Positions 27,673 to 36,957 of a stretch of DNA of 64,000 nucleotides are shown here, piece after piece. Position 1 is the stretch's first letter; each line of letters opens with the position of its first letter. The DNA lies in assembly GCA_964587425.1 (NCBI GenBank), contig CAZPLB010000001.1, positions 30,545-94,544 on the forward strand, read 5' to 3'. A program made the position numbers and the translations under genes. Under the pieces are notes generated by a model, which was not told the origin of the DNA, did no database searches, and saw only the letters and a program-made list of their open reading frames with translations. Source of the stretch: an uncultured Gammaproteobacteria bacterium. Lineage in GTDB: Bacteria > Patescibacteriota > Microgenomatia > UBA8517.

Positions 27673-28680
27673 TTATCCTAACAGAGCTTCTATTCCAGGT
27701 AAAGTGCCCTTCGATAAAAAATCCAACATTGCTCCCCCACCTGTTGATATCCAATCAAAACTTTTTGTTAGATTAAACATTGAAAGGGCAGCTTCTGAAT
27801 CTCCGCCACCAACGATTTTAAAGGCTGTGGAGTTGGCAATTACTCTAAAGACTCTTTCTGTACCTTGACGATGACCAACTTCTTCATATTTACCAAGAAC
27901 ACCTGCAAGAATTATTGTCCCGGCACCCTTAATTTCTTCCTCAAAACTTTCTATTGAATGAATTGTTATGTCTTCTTTGTCTGGGTTTAGTTTTGCAACT
28001 AATACTTTAGGATCTGAATAATCATCACCTAAGTATTCCGGCAATCTTCCTCCAACAAGAACCCTATCTGCTATCTTTTTGAGATTTTCCATGTAGTCTA
28101 ATTTGTCTTTTTTAATACCACTAATGACAGCTAAAACTGGATGTCTTGGATTCTCTAGAACTTTCTTGAGATATTCAACTTCTTGTTGAAATCTCAAGCC
28201 TGCAGCGTGCGGCAATAGCTTGGGCAATAAAACGATTGAGGCGTGCTCTCTGTGACTTGTGGCAAAGGCTTCGTTGACGTAGAAATCTGCAAGGCCCACT
28301 AAACTTTTTGCAAAACTTTCATCATTTGCCTCCTCACCTGAGTTTGAACGAACATTATCTAAAAGCAGTACTTTCCCCTCTGGAAGATTTGTGGGGGGCA
28401 TACCTGGGACAAAAATAACATTCTCACCTAATAATTCTGATATCTTATTTTGTAAAAACGAAGTTGAGACAGTTTTTTCTTTTCCCTCATACTTACCAAT
28501 GTGCCCCAAGATTAAAAGATTCTTTGCGCCTTTTTCCAAAACTAACTTAAGAGTTCGTGTGCAGTTTTTTATTCTTGTGTCATCAAGAATGGTGTTTCCA
28601 TTGAAGGGAACATCAAGATCAATTCTTGCAATAACTCTTTTCCCATTTAAATCGAAATCATTTAGATTTGGTAAATTCAT
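27673..28680 (-). CDS. pgk: Phosphoglycerate kinase (short, 335 aa)
   Basis: N-terminal 'LNGKRVIARIDLDVP...DDTRI', C-terminal 'STGGGAMLDFL'. Confidence 0.8.
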   Translation of the reverse strand: MNLPNLNDFDLNGKRVIARIDLDVPFNGNTILDDTRIKNCTRTLKLVLEKGAKNLLILGHIGKYEGKEKTVSTSFLQNKISELLGENVIFVPGMPPTNLPEGKVLLLDNVRSNSGEEANDESFAKSLVGLADFYVNEAFATSHREHASIVLLPKLLPHAAGLRFQQEVEYLKKVLENPRHPVLAVISGIKKDKLDYMENLKKIADRVLVGGRLPEYLGDDYSDPKVLVAKLNPDKEDITIHSIESFEEEIKGAGTIILAGVLGKYEEVGHRQGTERVFRVIANSTAFKIVGGGDSEAALSMFNLTKSFDWISTGGGAMLDFLSKGTLPGIEALLG

Positions 28681-28683
28681 AGT

Positions 28684-29484
28684 TCATTTTACTCCCCAAT
28701 ACCACAGTCCTGCACCCCAAAATCTTGGAAACCAATTATCCCATCTATCAAACTTTTTCCAAAGAGGGAGAGTTGGCTTCATAACTAGTGTATATATTTT
28801 ATCTAAAAATCTGGGAAGAGTTAAGCGAGGAAATGGTCTATTGCCACGGACCTCTAGTTTTTTTATTCCCGCTTTTTTAATCAGATTTTTATAATCATCA
28901 CAAGTTAATTTGCTTTCAAAATATAGAGGTCTAAAATTTCTAGCTGCCTTTTTTGGACTAAAAGGAAAGGTCACGATGAAATTAAAGATATTACCAATAC
29001 TTTGAACTGAGAATCTATTTGGAACAATGTCTGCAAAAAAGACTCCACCAGGTTTTAGTACTCTAACCATTTCCGCAAAAACAACAGAGGGGTTTTCAAA
29101 GTGTTCCATTAAGCCGTAGGAGGAAACAATATCAAAGGAGTTACTTTTGAACGGAAGTTTCTCAGCTGTTCCCACAACAAATTTTCCTTTTGCATTTTCT
29201 TTTTTGAAATTGTTTTTGGCGATTTTGACGATACTTTCATTTACATCAAGGCAGGTAACATCGTAACCATTTTTTGCAAAGTAGAGGGAGACAAAGGCGC
29301 TACCACAGCCAACTTCAAGCATTTTGGTTCCAGTTTTATTTGGAAAAATTTCTTTCAAAAAAGATATTTTTGTGTGTTCAAAAACTTGATTTTGGGTTTG
29401 AGGATTATCTGAGTAGACTACATCATTTCCTTCAAAAATTTCATCCCAGACTTGAGGTGTACCATGAACATCTTTTGAGGTCAT
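28684..29484 (-). CDS. Class I SAM-dependent methyltransferase
   Basis: Motif I 'MLEVGCGSAFVS'. Confidence 0.75.
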   Translation of the reverse strand: MTSKDVHGTPQVWDEIFEGNDVVYSDNPQTQNQVFEHTKISFLKEIFPNKTGTKMLEVGCGSAFVSLYFAKNGYDVTCLDVNESIVKIAKNNFKKENAKGKFVVGTAEKLPFKSNSFDIVSSYGLMEHFENPSVVFAEMVRVLKPGGVFFADIVPNRFSVQSIGNIFNFIVTFPFSPKKAARNFRPLYFESKLTCDDYKNLIKKAGIKKLEVRGNRPFPRLTLPRFLDKIYTLVMKPTLPLWKKFDRWDNWFPRFWGAGLWYWGVK

Positions 29485-29493
29485 ATCCGAAGT

Positions 29494-29943
29494 TTAGTTG
29501 CCGGTCTCCAGTTTGGCAATATCTGAAAGGCGTTTTTTGTGACGGGACAATCCATCGAATGGAGTTGTCAGAAATGCTTTAACTAATTCCTTTGCTTCAT
29601 GTTCCTTTGTGAAGTCTGCTGCAATTACTAATATATTCATGTTGTCATCGCGTCTGCCAGCTGTTATTTGGTCTGGAGATTTTCCAATACTGGCTCTCAC
29701 TCCATCAAACTTATTGGCAACAACATCAACACCTACTCCACTGCCACAAATTAATATTCCCATTGATCCTTTCTCTTTACCAACTATGGAACCAACTCTT
29801 GTAGCGTAAATGGTGTAATCATCTTTCGTATCAAGATGATCTGCCCCCATATCTTCAAACTTATATTTCCATTCAAAAAGCCATCTGGCTATTTTTTCTT
29901 TGAGTGGATATCCTCTGTGATCGGCTCCAATATATATATTCAT
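29494..29943 (-). CDS. rpiB: Ribose-5-phosphate isomerase B
   Basis: 'IYIGADHRGY...ILICGSGVG' RpiB/LacAB pattern. Confidence 0.85.
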   Translation of the reverse strand: MNIYIGADHRGYPLKEKIARWLFEWKYKFEDMGADHLDTKDDYTIYATRVGSIVGKEKGSMGILICGSGVGVDVVANKFDGVRASIGKSPDQITAGRRDDNMNILVIAADFTKEHEAKELVKAFLTTPFDGLSRHKKRLSDIAKLETGN

Positions 29944-29951
29944 ATGAAAAT

Positions 29952-30614
29952 TTATGCAGTAAACCCTTCTACTAATTCTAGAAGTGCCTTTTTTGGATCT
30001 TCTGCTTTTACTATATTTGTTGCAACAGCTATTCCTGATGCACCTAGTTCTACTGAAACTCTGACGTCTTGGGCTACATGAATGCCTGCGCCGACTATTA
30101 AGGGTATACTTTTTGCTTTTGAAATTTCAGCAGCCTCTTTAATGATTTCTGGTTTTTCTGTTGCTACCGATTTATCAGTTGCCCCAACCAATTCTCCCGG
30201 TTCATATGAAACATAAGTTGGAGTTAATTCCAGAACTTTTTTTAACTCTTCAATGTTGTCTGCAAAGATTAATGTTTGAAGATTTACACTTTTGCACTTT
30301 TCAACTGCTGTAGTTAGTGCATTCATGTCTTCAAACTTGTGTTCTGAATGATTCAAGAAAACTCCTCTCACTCCAAGAGCTGATACTTCCTCCGGAAGGG
30401 TCCAACCTGTGTGTGCACCGTAGGTGATCGGATCGACGTGCTGTATCCAAACTTCAAGCTTGGTGGAATTAATTATTGTTTCTGCATCTAAGGCTTGAAC
30501 TACAGGGATTATTTTTTGTGAGGTTAAACTTCCTACTTCCTCCAAAATTTTTGTGAGTGCAACAGCTTTAGCTCCACTTCCCTCTTCGTAAGTCTTGAAA
30601 TTTACAAAAATCAT
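29952..30614 (-). CDS. tpiA: Triosephosphate isomerase, short archaeal-type (220 aa)
   Basis: 'FVNFKTY', 'LNHSEHK', 'SYEPGELVGATD', 'LIVGAGI' TIM blocks. Confidence 0.75.
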   Translation of the reverse strand: MIFVNFKTYEEGSGAKAVALTKILEEVGSLTSQKIIPVVQALDAETIINSTKLEVWIQHVDPITYGAHTGWTLPEEVSALGVRGVFLNHSEHKFEDMNALTTAVEKCKSVNLQTLIFADNIEELKKVLELTPTYVSYEPGELVGATDKSVATEKPEIIKEAAEISKAKSIPLIVGAGIHVAQDVRVSVELGASGIAVATNIVKAEDPKKALLELVEGFTA

Positions 30615-30877
30615 TTCCCAAGTATAGTATCTATTTTGCCTTTATCAAAACCAATAACGTGTTCTTTGGTACCATCATCTTTGGCAAAGACAATAAATGG
30701 AACTCCAAGAAAACCGTTTGATTCCCTCATCATTTCCTCTTTTGCTGCATCGTCGGTGTCAACTAATTTCTCAGTAAATGCTTGACCTTTTTCTTTGAAA
30801 TAGTCCTTGAGCATTTTGCAGTAGGGACATGTTGTTGTTGTGTAAACAGTTATAGTCATAAAATCACCTCCATTCAT
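30611..30877 (-). CDS. Glutaredoxin/NrdH-like redoxin (CPYC)
   Basis: 'TCPYCKMLK' active site. Confidence 0.8.
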   Translation of the reverse strand: MNGGDFMTITVYTTTTCPYCKMLKDYFKEKGQAFTEKLVDTDDAAKEEMMRESNGFLGVPFIVFAKDDGTKEHVIGFDKGKIDTILGK

Positions 30878-31602
30878 CCAAAAAGAAATCCTAGAACCTT
30901 AAACCATCCAGGATCCACTTTTAAGACTTCTCCAGTCAGGGCTGATATATATACCTTGGTATCGAATTTATATGGAATGATATTAAAAAAGTTGAGTTCT
31001 TTTTTTCCTGAGAGAAGATAACTAAGTTCTCCATTGGGACTCTCTGTAATTTCGGCAAGGCTAGGACTCTCTGTTAATAAATTTGCCTTCATGGCACTAG
31101 TTGATGCTTCAAAGGGCAAGATGGCCAGTACTCTCAAACCAGAAGGGGTTGTAACAGATAGTTCATTTGTTTTGGCATTTATTGTAATTGGAAAGGTAGT
31201 TCTTGCTGTAACACCGTTTTCTGTAATTATAAATTGTTCATCTTTATATCCAATTGTTACTTTTTGGGTTTGAGGCCGTGCCTCTATCTCAATTAAATTA
31301 TCCTTAATGTTTGTTACATCGGCTTGATGTTCGCCTGTTTCATTTTTTACATCAAGAACTACATTGCCGGCGTCTTTCGTGAGTGAGACTTGAGCATCGG
31401 ATAGTGCAAGGCTTGTATTTGAAACGCTTGTAATATCAATGCTTTCTGGTTTTTGGGCAGTGAGAGTTGACTCTTCACCTAGAACATTCCAAATTATATT
31501 GCCATTAGTCGTGATGTGGACAAAAGCTGCGTGAATGGGAGTCGGAAATGCGAAGTAAGCAGGTATAAGGAGTAAAACAAAAAGAAACTTAATTTTGTTC
31601 AC
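30874..31602 (-). CDS. Secreted hypothetical protein (signal peptide)
   Basis: ORF; N-terminal signal peptide. Confidence 0.4.
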   Translation of the reverse strand: MNKIKFLFVLLLIPAYFAFPTPIHAAFVHITTNGNIIWNVLGEESTLTAQKPESIDITSVSNTSLALSDAQVSLTKDAGNVVLDVKNETGEHQADVTNIKDNLIEIEARPQTQKVTIGYKDEQFIITENGVTARTTFPITINAKTNELSVTTPSGLRVLAILPFEASTSAMKANLLTESPSLAEITESPNGELSYLLSGKKELNFFNIIPYKFDTKVYISALTGEVLKVDPGWFKVLGFLFG

Positions 31603-31626
31603 AAGATTATTGTACCAGGAATCGCT

Positions 31627-31821
31627 TTAGAAAGAAAAATTATCCTCAAGTTGAAGTTCTGTATAATCTGGGTGTGATTCTACAACATCTGGAGTATTAG
31701 TTTTAGATAAATAATTTATTTTGTATCCGTTTCTTATTATATGTATATCACCGTTGTTGTCTATGAAACCCATAGCCTTTCCCTCATCGTCATAATCGTA
31801 TAAAACTAGTTCTGGTCCCAT
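31627..31821 (-). CDS. Hypothetical small protein
   Basis: ORF only. Confidence 0.25.
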   Translation of the reverse strand: MGPELVLYDYDDEGKAMGFIDNNGDIHIIRNGYKINYLSKTNTPDVVESHPDYTELQLEDNFSF

Positions 31822-32315
31822 TATTGGAGTGTACCTTCTAGAATGCGCTTCTCAGGAGTTCTGTCGTTAATTCTTTCAAGGGTTACCCAAACCGTCTTAT
31901 GGGTTCCTAAATCTTTGGTCTCAAAATTGAACATCCATCCACCTTTGCCTTGGTAGAGAATTCCCATTGGAGTTACATTGCTGCCGTCAACTAACCAGGC
32001 TTCGTAGAAATATCCAGACCCAGGGTCTTCGAGATCTGCAATAACTGTATATGCTTTCATATTATTTTTGTCTTCTACTGTTACTATCCCCTGTCCACCA
32101 GAATTGGCAACATCTTTAAGGTCAGTTTTTACAACATTGTCTGGAATTGTTATGTTGAAATTGTTTTCTAATTTTTGTTCAAAGGCTGAAGTTTGAGTTG
32201 GAAGAGGAGTAGCTACTGGATTTGCGGCTTTTCTGTGTCTGAATAAATATATTGCTACTAAGCCAACTACAAGAATAGTTATGCCGATAGCTATGTCTTT
32301 GGCGCGTCCTTTCAT
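31821..32315 (-). CDS. Membrane-anchored hypothetical protein
   Basis: ORF; N-terminal TM. Confidence 0.35.
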   Translation of the reverse strand: MKGRAKDIAIGITILVVGLVAIYLFRHRKAANPVATPLPTQTSAFEQKLENNFNITIPDNVVKTDLKDVANSGGQGIVTVEDKNNMKAYTVIADLEDPGSGYFYEAWLVDGSNVTPMGILYQGKGGWMFNFETKDLGTHKTVWVTLERINDRTPEKRILEGTLQ

Positions 32316-32388
32316 GATTATAGGGCGATGGTAACAAAGATGCGGATGGTTGTCAAATAATGGTAGTATAAATAGGGGGTGATTTAGA

Positions 32389-32580
32389 TTGTATAAACGA
32401 ATGATGAATTATTTTTCAAAGCATGTTTGGTACACATCCATTGTTCATGCGATTGCTGGGGTTGGTCTTGGAATAATAATTGCTAGACCAATAGATGCCA
32501 GTCATCCAGTAAAGCTCGGCCTTATACTACTCACGGTTGCGACTTTGGGACACATTTACCCAATGACCTTAAAGAAGTAA
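32389..32580 (+). CDS. Hypothetical small membrane protein
   Basis: ORF; 2 TM. Confidence 0.3.
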   Translation: MYKRMMNYFSKHVWYTSIVHAIAGVGLGIIIARPIDASHPVKLGLILLTVATLGHIYPMTLKK

Positions 32581-32584
32581 TTTT

Positions 32585-32995
32585 TTATTTGGAAGGTTTT
32601 GTTTCAAACCACAAAGGGTTTTTGTTTTTTCCCTTTTTGTTGTAGTTTACCGTTATTTCTTCGTCTTCTTTGATATTTTTCAGTGCAACAAATTCAATTA
32701 ATTTTTTAACGCTCTTTATCTTATAAATTGCATTTGGTTTATATGAATGGTTATAAATGGAGCCAAAACCTAACGCTATCAGTAGTTTTTCTTTATTTTT
32801 GCCGAAGTAGAAAAAGTAAGTCACTAGAATACTTTCTCGTAAGTTTGCTGTGTCATACCTTGAAACTTCGATAATCGGACATGATTCAATGATTTCGCCT
32901 TTTTTAATATAGCGTTTGGCATAGACACCACGGCCAGCGTTTTTAATCTCAGACTCCTTAATGTATATCTTTTTTGAGGTGAGAAGTTTTTTCAC
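32585..32995 (-). CDS. SET domain protein (putative protein-lysine methyltransferase)
   Basis: 'NAGRGVYA...IKKGEII', 'YNHSYKPNA', 'EEITVNY' SET signature blocks. Confidence 0.65.
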   Translation of the reverse strand: MKKLLTSKKIYIKESEIKNAGRGVYAKRYIKKGEIIESCPIIEVSRYDTANLRESILVTYFFYFGKNKEKLLIALGFGSIYNHSYKPNAIYKIKSVKKLIEFVALKNIKEDEEITVNYNKKGKNKNPLWFETKPSK

Positions 32996-33016
32996 TGGCT
33001 GAATTATATCAGAGAG

Positions 33017-33565
33017 TTAGAACTTGTAATCATCTGGCCTTGGAATTCTTTTATAGACCTTGTACCAATCAATTCTGATTTCTTCCTGGGCTTTTTCCAA
33101 GGTTTCTCTACTTTTACAAACTTCATCATGGAGATAATTTTCAACTACATCTTTTTCGTGAAAGCCAGGACGAGGTTCAGCTGGCTCCAAAAATAAATTT
33201 TTGATGTCATTACTGCCTCCTAATTCCAGTGGTATAAAATGATCTACTTCGTAGGCACCTTTGGATTGCGGATATGAAACACCATATTCTTCATATACTA
33301 ATTTCTTTGTTTTAAGAGAAACATCTCTAACTGATGAACTGTACCCTTTGACACAAACTTGTTCCCCTGTAACATCAAATACATCGCCTGGAGTTAATGC
33401 TTCATCTGGATATATATCAAGTCTTGGTTCGGGTGTCGAAGAGGGCATTTCTGTTTGGGCTGGGAGTACCTTTAGTTCTTGATTGGTTCTTTGGAGATTA
33501 AAGGATAGGAATACGATGCCAAGTATTAAAGTGCTTAATCCTGCAATAAAGAATCTTTTATTCAC
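33017..33565 (-). CDS. Secreted/membrane-anchored HNH nuclease
   Basis: Signal/TM then 'YEVDHFIPLELGGSNDIKNL' HNH motif. Confidence 0.7.
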   Translation of the reverse strand: MNKRFFIAGLSTLILGIVFLSFNLQRTNQELKVLPAQTEMPSSTPEPRLDIYPDEALTPGDVFDVTGEQVCVKGYSSSVRDVSLKTKKLVYEEYGVSYPQSKGAYEVDHFIPLELGGSNDIKNLFLEPAEPRPGFHEKDVVENYLHDEVCKSRETLEKAQEEIRIDWYKVYKRIPRPDDYKF

Positions 33566-33660
33566 TTGGTGTGATTTTAGATATATTTTGACAAAAAGTC
33601 ACTATTGGGTATTTGTTAATACTTGACATGTATTTTCTATCGAATTATATTTGTTGAAAT

Positions 33661-33879
33661 ATGGCTTTTGAAAGAGAAAGTTCACAAATTTTAATGGATG
33701 CATATATGAGCATGAGGGGTAAAGGGATATCTGCTGAAAATTATTTAGCGACAAGATCTCTTTTAGTAGCTCCTGGTGTCACGATGCAAAATTATATTAA
33801 ATCACGTATTGAAGCTGGTGATATTGTTTGGGCTACTGTAAAAGATAGAAGAGTTTTAGTGGAAAATAGACAAAGATAG
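33661..33879 (+). CDS. Hypothetical small protein
   Basis: ORF only. Confidence 0.25.
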   Translation: MAFERESSQILMDAYMSMRGKGISAENYLATRSLLVAPGVTMQNYIKSRIEAGDIVWATVKDRRVLVENRQR

Positions 33880-33880
33880 A

Positions 33881-34492
33881 TTAGAAACCCAATACTTCTT
33901 TAACTAAAATCAGTGTTATTCTTCCTTCTTTCTTTTCTTTATTTACTATTAATAATTTATTAACATTGCTTCCATTGCCATATGCAACTTGAGAACGTTT
34001 GTCTTCAAGTGGGAGACAATATTCATAGATCCTTTGCATTCCTTCATTTGTATCCTTAACTATTTTTTGCGTTCCTGCTACCCATATGACATTTGGTGAA
34101 CCATATACATATCCTGAAAGTTGGGAACCTGACTGGCTTGCAATTAAAACGTGGCCGTCTGAAGTTATTGCATGAACTGAACCAATGGCATATTGAGGAG
34201 CTGCACCTAATTTTTGCATTTCAAGATTCTCTTGTTCTCTATTCATGCTGCGCAGTTTTGTATGAACTGATACAAATTTATTTCCCTCATCAATTTCTTT
34301 TATAAGGCCAATTGTTTCAAGTGTTACTGAAGTCATGGTCATAACCTCACTTTTTTGTGGTATTAATTCCAGAACTTTATCTTTTGCCTCAACTCCATTT
34401 TCTGTGACTATTACATTAAAGTTGTTAGCTTTTAAATTCTTGATTGTTTCATCTAGGAGTACGTTTGGGGCTAGAGTTTTCCATTTGTCCAT
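33881..34492 (-). CDS. LUD-domain (LutC/YkgG-like) protein
   Basis: Overall LUD/DUF162 pattern. Confidence 0.65.
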   Translation of the reverse strand: MDKWKTLAPNVLLDETIKNLKANNFNVIVTENGVEAKDKVLELIPQKSEVMTMTSVTLETIGLIKEIDEGNKFVSVHTKLRSMNREQENLEMQKLGAAPQYAIGSVHAITSDGHVLIASQSGSQLSGYVYGSPNVIWVAGTQKIVKDTNEGMQRIYEYCLPLEDKRSQVAYGNGSNVNKLLIVNKEKKEGRITLILVKEVLGF

Positions 34493-34553
34493 AAATGTAT
34501 TTTAGCATAATTTGAAATTTTTGATTAATTCTATTAGAATCAGGTGAATCAAA

Positions 34554-34787
34554 ATGGAATTGAATAAAGTGGTTCCCGGTTTACAGTTTCGTCTAGCTTT
34601 TGGGGTGTTTCCATCTGATCCCGAGGCAGGACGCATTGTTCATATTAAAATAAATCGGTTGGTTAGATATTGGGAAGGGATGGCTCCATATGTTGAATAT
34701 AATGAAGAGAAGATATCTACTTGGGAACAAATTTCTCGTCTTACTGAAGTAGCCAAGAAATTTGGATACTTCAGAGATGAAGACTGA
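34554..34787 (+). CDS. Hypothetical small protein
   Basis: ORF; a competing antisense ORF exists. Confidence 0.25.
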   Translation: MELNKVVPGLQFRLAFGVFPSDPEAGRIVHIKINRLVRYWEGMAPYVEYNEEKISTWEQISRLTEVAKKFGYFRDED

Positions 34788-34827
34788 TTTATCTTGCAAA
34801 GATTGCGGTTGTGGAGATTTGAAATAT

Positions 34828-35136
34828 CTACAAAGTGATTGTGCTTTTGTCTTCCACATATTGACGAATCAAAAGTCCAATAAGAGTTTGGTATGCAACA
34901 TTTTTTCTTTTTGCTTTTGCTTTTATTCTGACCAAGTCTTCATTTTTTATTCTTAATGTAACGCTCTTGCTTTTTTGTAGTTCCAGATAATTTTTGGCTG
35001 CTTCCTGGAACATTTTTTTTGTCTTTTCTAAATTTTTGGTACTAACAAATTCACCTTTATTCAAGGCCTCTTCTAGTTCTAGTTCGTATTTATCTAAAAC
35101 TAAATTTTCAAATGGGTTAAGTTTATTTTTTGGCAT
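34828..35136 (-). CDS. CopG/BrnA-like antitoxin
   Basis: 'VTLRIKNEDLVRIKAKA...VAYQTLI' RHH pattern; overlaps upstream toxin by 14 nt. Confidence 0.55.
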   Translation of the reverse strand: MPKNKLNPFENLVLDKYELELEEALNKGEFVSTKNLEKTKKMFQEAAKNYLELQKSKSVTLRIKNEDLVRIKAKAKRKNVAYQTLIGLLIRQYVEDKSTITL

Positions 35137-35404
35137 ATTTTTTAGTTAATTTTCGGCTTGGATACAAAGTTTTTAAAAACCACGTACTTTTCTCTTTGTT
35201 AATCGCGTATGGTACTGCATATACATATTCTTTTATTTTTACTACTAAAATTCTCTGATTTGGATATCTCTTTGCATTGTGGTGTTTTAAATCACCCAAT
35301 ATTTTTTTATTTTCAATGCATTCGATTATATCCTCAAAACCGACTCCTCTGGTTTCTTTTAGAATTAAGTTTTTCTCTTCAGAGAAATCAATTTTGAATA
35401 TCAC
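35123..35404 (-). CDS. BrnT/DUF497-like toxin (divergent)
   Basis: 'IFKIDFSEEKN...RGVGFEDI' resembles the BrnT N-terminal block; paired with a CopG-like gene. Confidence 0.45.
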   Translation of the reverse strand: MIFKIDFSEEKNLILKETRGVGFEDIIECIENKKILGDLKHHNAKRYPNQRILVVKIKEYVYAVPYAINKEKSTWFLKTLYPSRKLTKKYAKK

Positions 35405-35446
35405 AGATATAGTATATTAAATGTACATACTTTGTCAATACTCAAT

Positions 35447-36928
35447 TTACCTTGCAAAAATTATGGCTGTTGGAATTTGTCGCCCTGGTCCATATTTATA
35501 GCTTCCATTAATCCAGAGGGCTGAGGAGCCACCGCCGTCAATATTAATGGCATTATTTACTCCAAGAGTCTTGTACACCTGTGCTGAATCTGGAACTGTT
35601 GCACCTCTTGTTATGCAAAGATATATATTTGCCCCTGCTTCAACAAATGCTCCTCTATTTGATTTAACTGTTCTTTGTTTACTGTCTAGATTTCCTTCAA
35701 CTACTGAAATATTTCCACCTTGAACCAACATTGGGTTTCCTGCAGTTCCTGCTTGGATTCCAGTGTCTCTTCCCCACTCCAAAGTTCTACCTATAAATCT
35801 TGGACTGCCATCTCCATTAATTACAAGGAAAGGAAGAGTGCTATATACATTATTGGCCGAATTAATATATTTTTTGAGTCTGGAATTGAAAAAGAGTGTG
35901 TCAAAGGAGTTTTTTTTGTCTGAACAGGCTGGGTAATCAGCTGGGCAGAAATACATTCCATTCATGGCTGCAAAACCACCATTTCTTGTTGCAAATTGGT
36001 CAAGAGGAAGAACTGGACAATCATTTGTGCAGTCATTGTCATTTGCTGAGTCTGTGATGACACGCGTTCCTTTGGGGGTTCCTATACAGCTCAACACAAA
36101 AGTTCCAACTGGGGTATTAACAGACCCTGAACTATAGCCAATTCCAGGCATACTATTGAGAGACGAAACTGGTACTGGGGCAGTTGATGGACTTGATGAT
36201 CCACTTGGCTTTGGAGAGGTAGATATTTTTGGAGTTGGCGTTGGAGTCGAGAGAATTCCTGCGTCCAGATTTTTATTTAGTTCAAGCCAATCTTTTTCTT
36301 CCTGAGTTAGCGTTTGCTTTACTGGTTTTTTTAATTTTTTAGTTAGAAGTGAAAAGACTATTTCATCTCCAGCATTGACGGTTTCCTTTGAATCTTCTAG
36401 TTTATTTCCATCTGCGTCCTTGGCAGTAACTTCAACGGTATCTTCTTGTACCAATACTTTTGGATCAAATCCTTTTTTGATGATGGATGCGAAAGCGGTT
36501 CCACGTACCGTTGCAACTAAATTTGATGTTTCGACCGAGAAGTTTTCTTCTCCACCAAGTGCCTTTCTGAATCTCACAAAAACTTTTCCGATGTCTTGAA
36601 AGAGAGAGGTTGAGTTTGCATAGGTTACAGTGGTGCCTGGGCCAAGGCGTGCTTCGGTACCACTGTCGTATTTGATGACAGCAATTCCGCTAATGTCTGT
36701 TGTAACTTTGTCTCCTTCTTTTAACAATGAAGGAGAATCGGTCGCAATTTTTATTTTTTCTTCATTTCTTTCAATTACTACTCCATCTCTTAATGTTTTT
36801 AATTCTGCCGGCTTACTTTGAGTTGGAAGATTTGAGGTCATGGGGTTTTTTGAAATGAGTTTGCTTCCCAGAAGAAGAATTAGAAGGGCAATAATTATGG
36901 CTATTACTGCTAAAGGTAGTAGTTTCAT
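35447..36928 (-). CDS. Secreted FecR-domain + phosphodiester glycosidase (NAGPA/DUF2233)-like protein
   Basis: TM anchor; 'VATVRGTAFAS' FecR-like; C-terminal 'NAINIDGGGSSALWING'. Confidence 0.55.
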   Translation of the reverse strand: MKLLPLAVIAIIIALLILLLGSKLISKNPMTSNLPTQSKPAELKTLRDGVVIERNEEKIKIATDSPSLLKEGDKVTTDISGIAVIKYDSGTEARLGPGTTVTYANSTSLFQDIGKVFVRFRKALGGEENFSVETSNLVATVRGTAFASIIKKGFDPKVLVQEDTVEVTAKDADGNKLEDSKETVNAGDEIVFSLLTKKLKKPVKQTLTQEEKDWLELNKNLDAGILSTPTPTPKISTSPKPSGSSSPSTAPVPVSSLNSMPGIGYSSGSVNTPVGTFVLSCIGTPKGTRVITDSANDNDCTNDCPVLPLDQFATRNGGFAAMNGMYFCPADYPACSDKKNSFDTLFFNSRLKKYINSANNVYSTLPFLVINGDGSPRFIGRTLEWGRDTGIQAGTAGNPMLVQGGNISVVEGNLDSKQRTVKSNRGAFVEAGANIYLCITRGATVPDSAQVYKTLGVNNAINIDGGGSSALWINGSYKYGPGRQIPTAIIFAR

Positions 36929-36957
36929 ATGTTTGTTACAATAATAATATCAAAATT

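Noticed and set aside
34593-34859. 88-aa minus-strand ORF
   Set aside because: Competes with the plus-strand 34554-34787 ORF; its translation is hydrophobic and aromatic-rich like an AT-rich reverse frame. Neither ORF is strongly supported.
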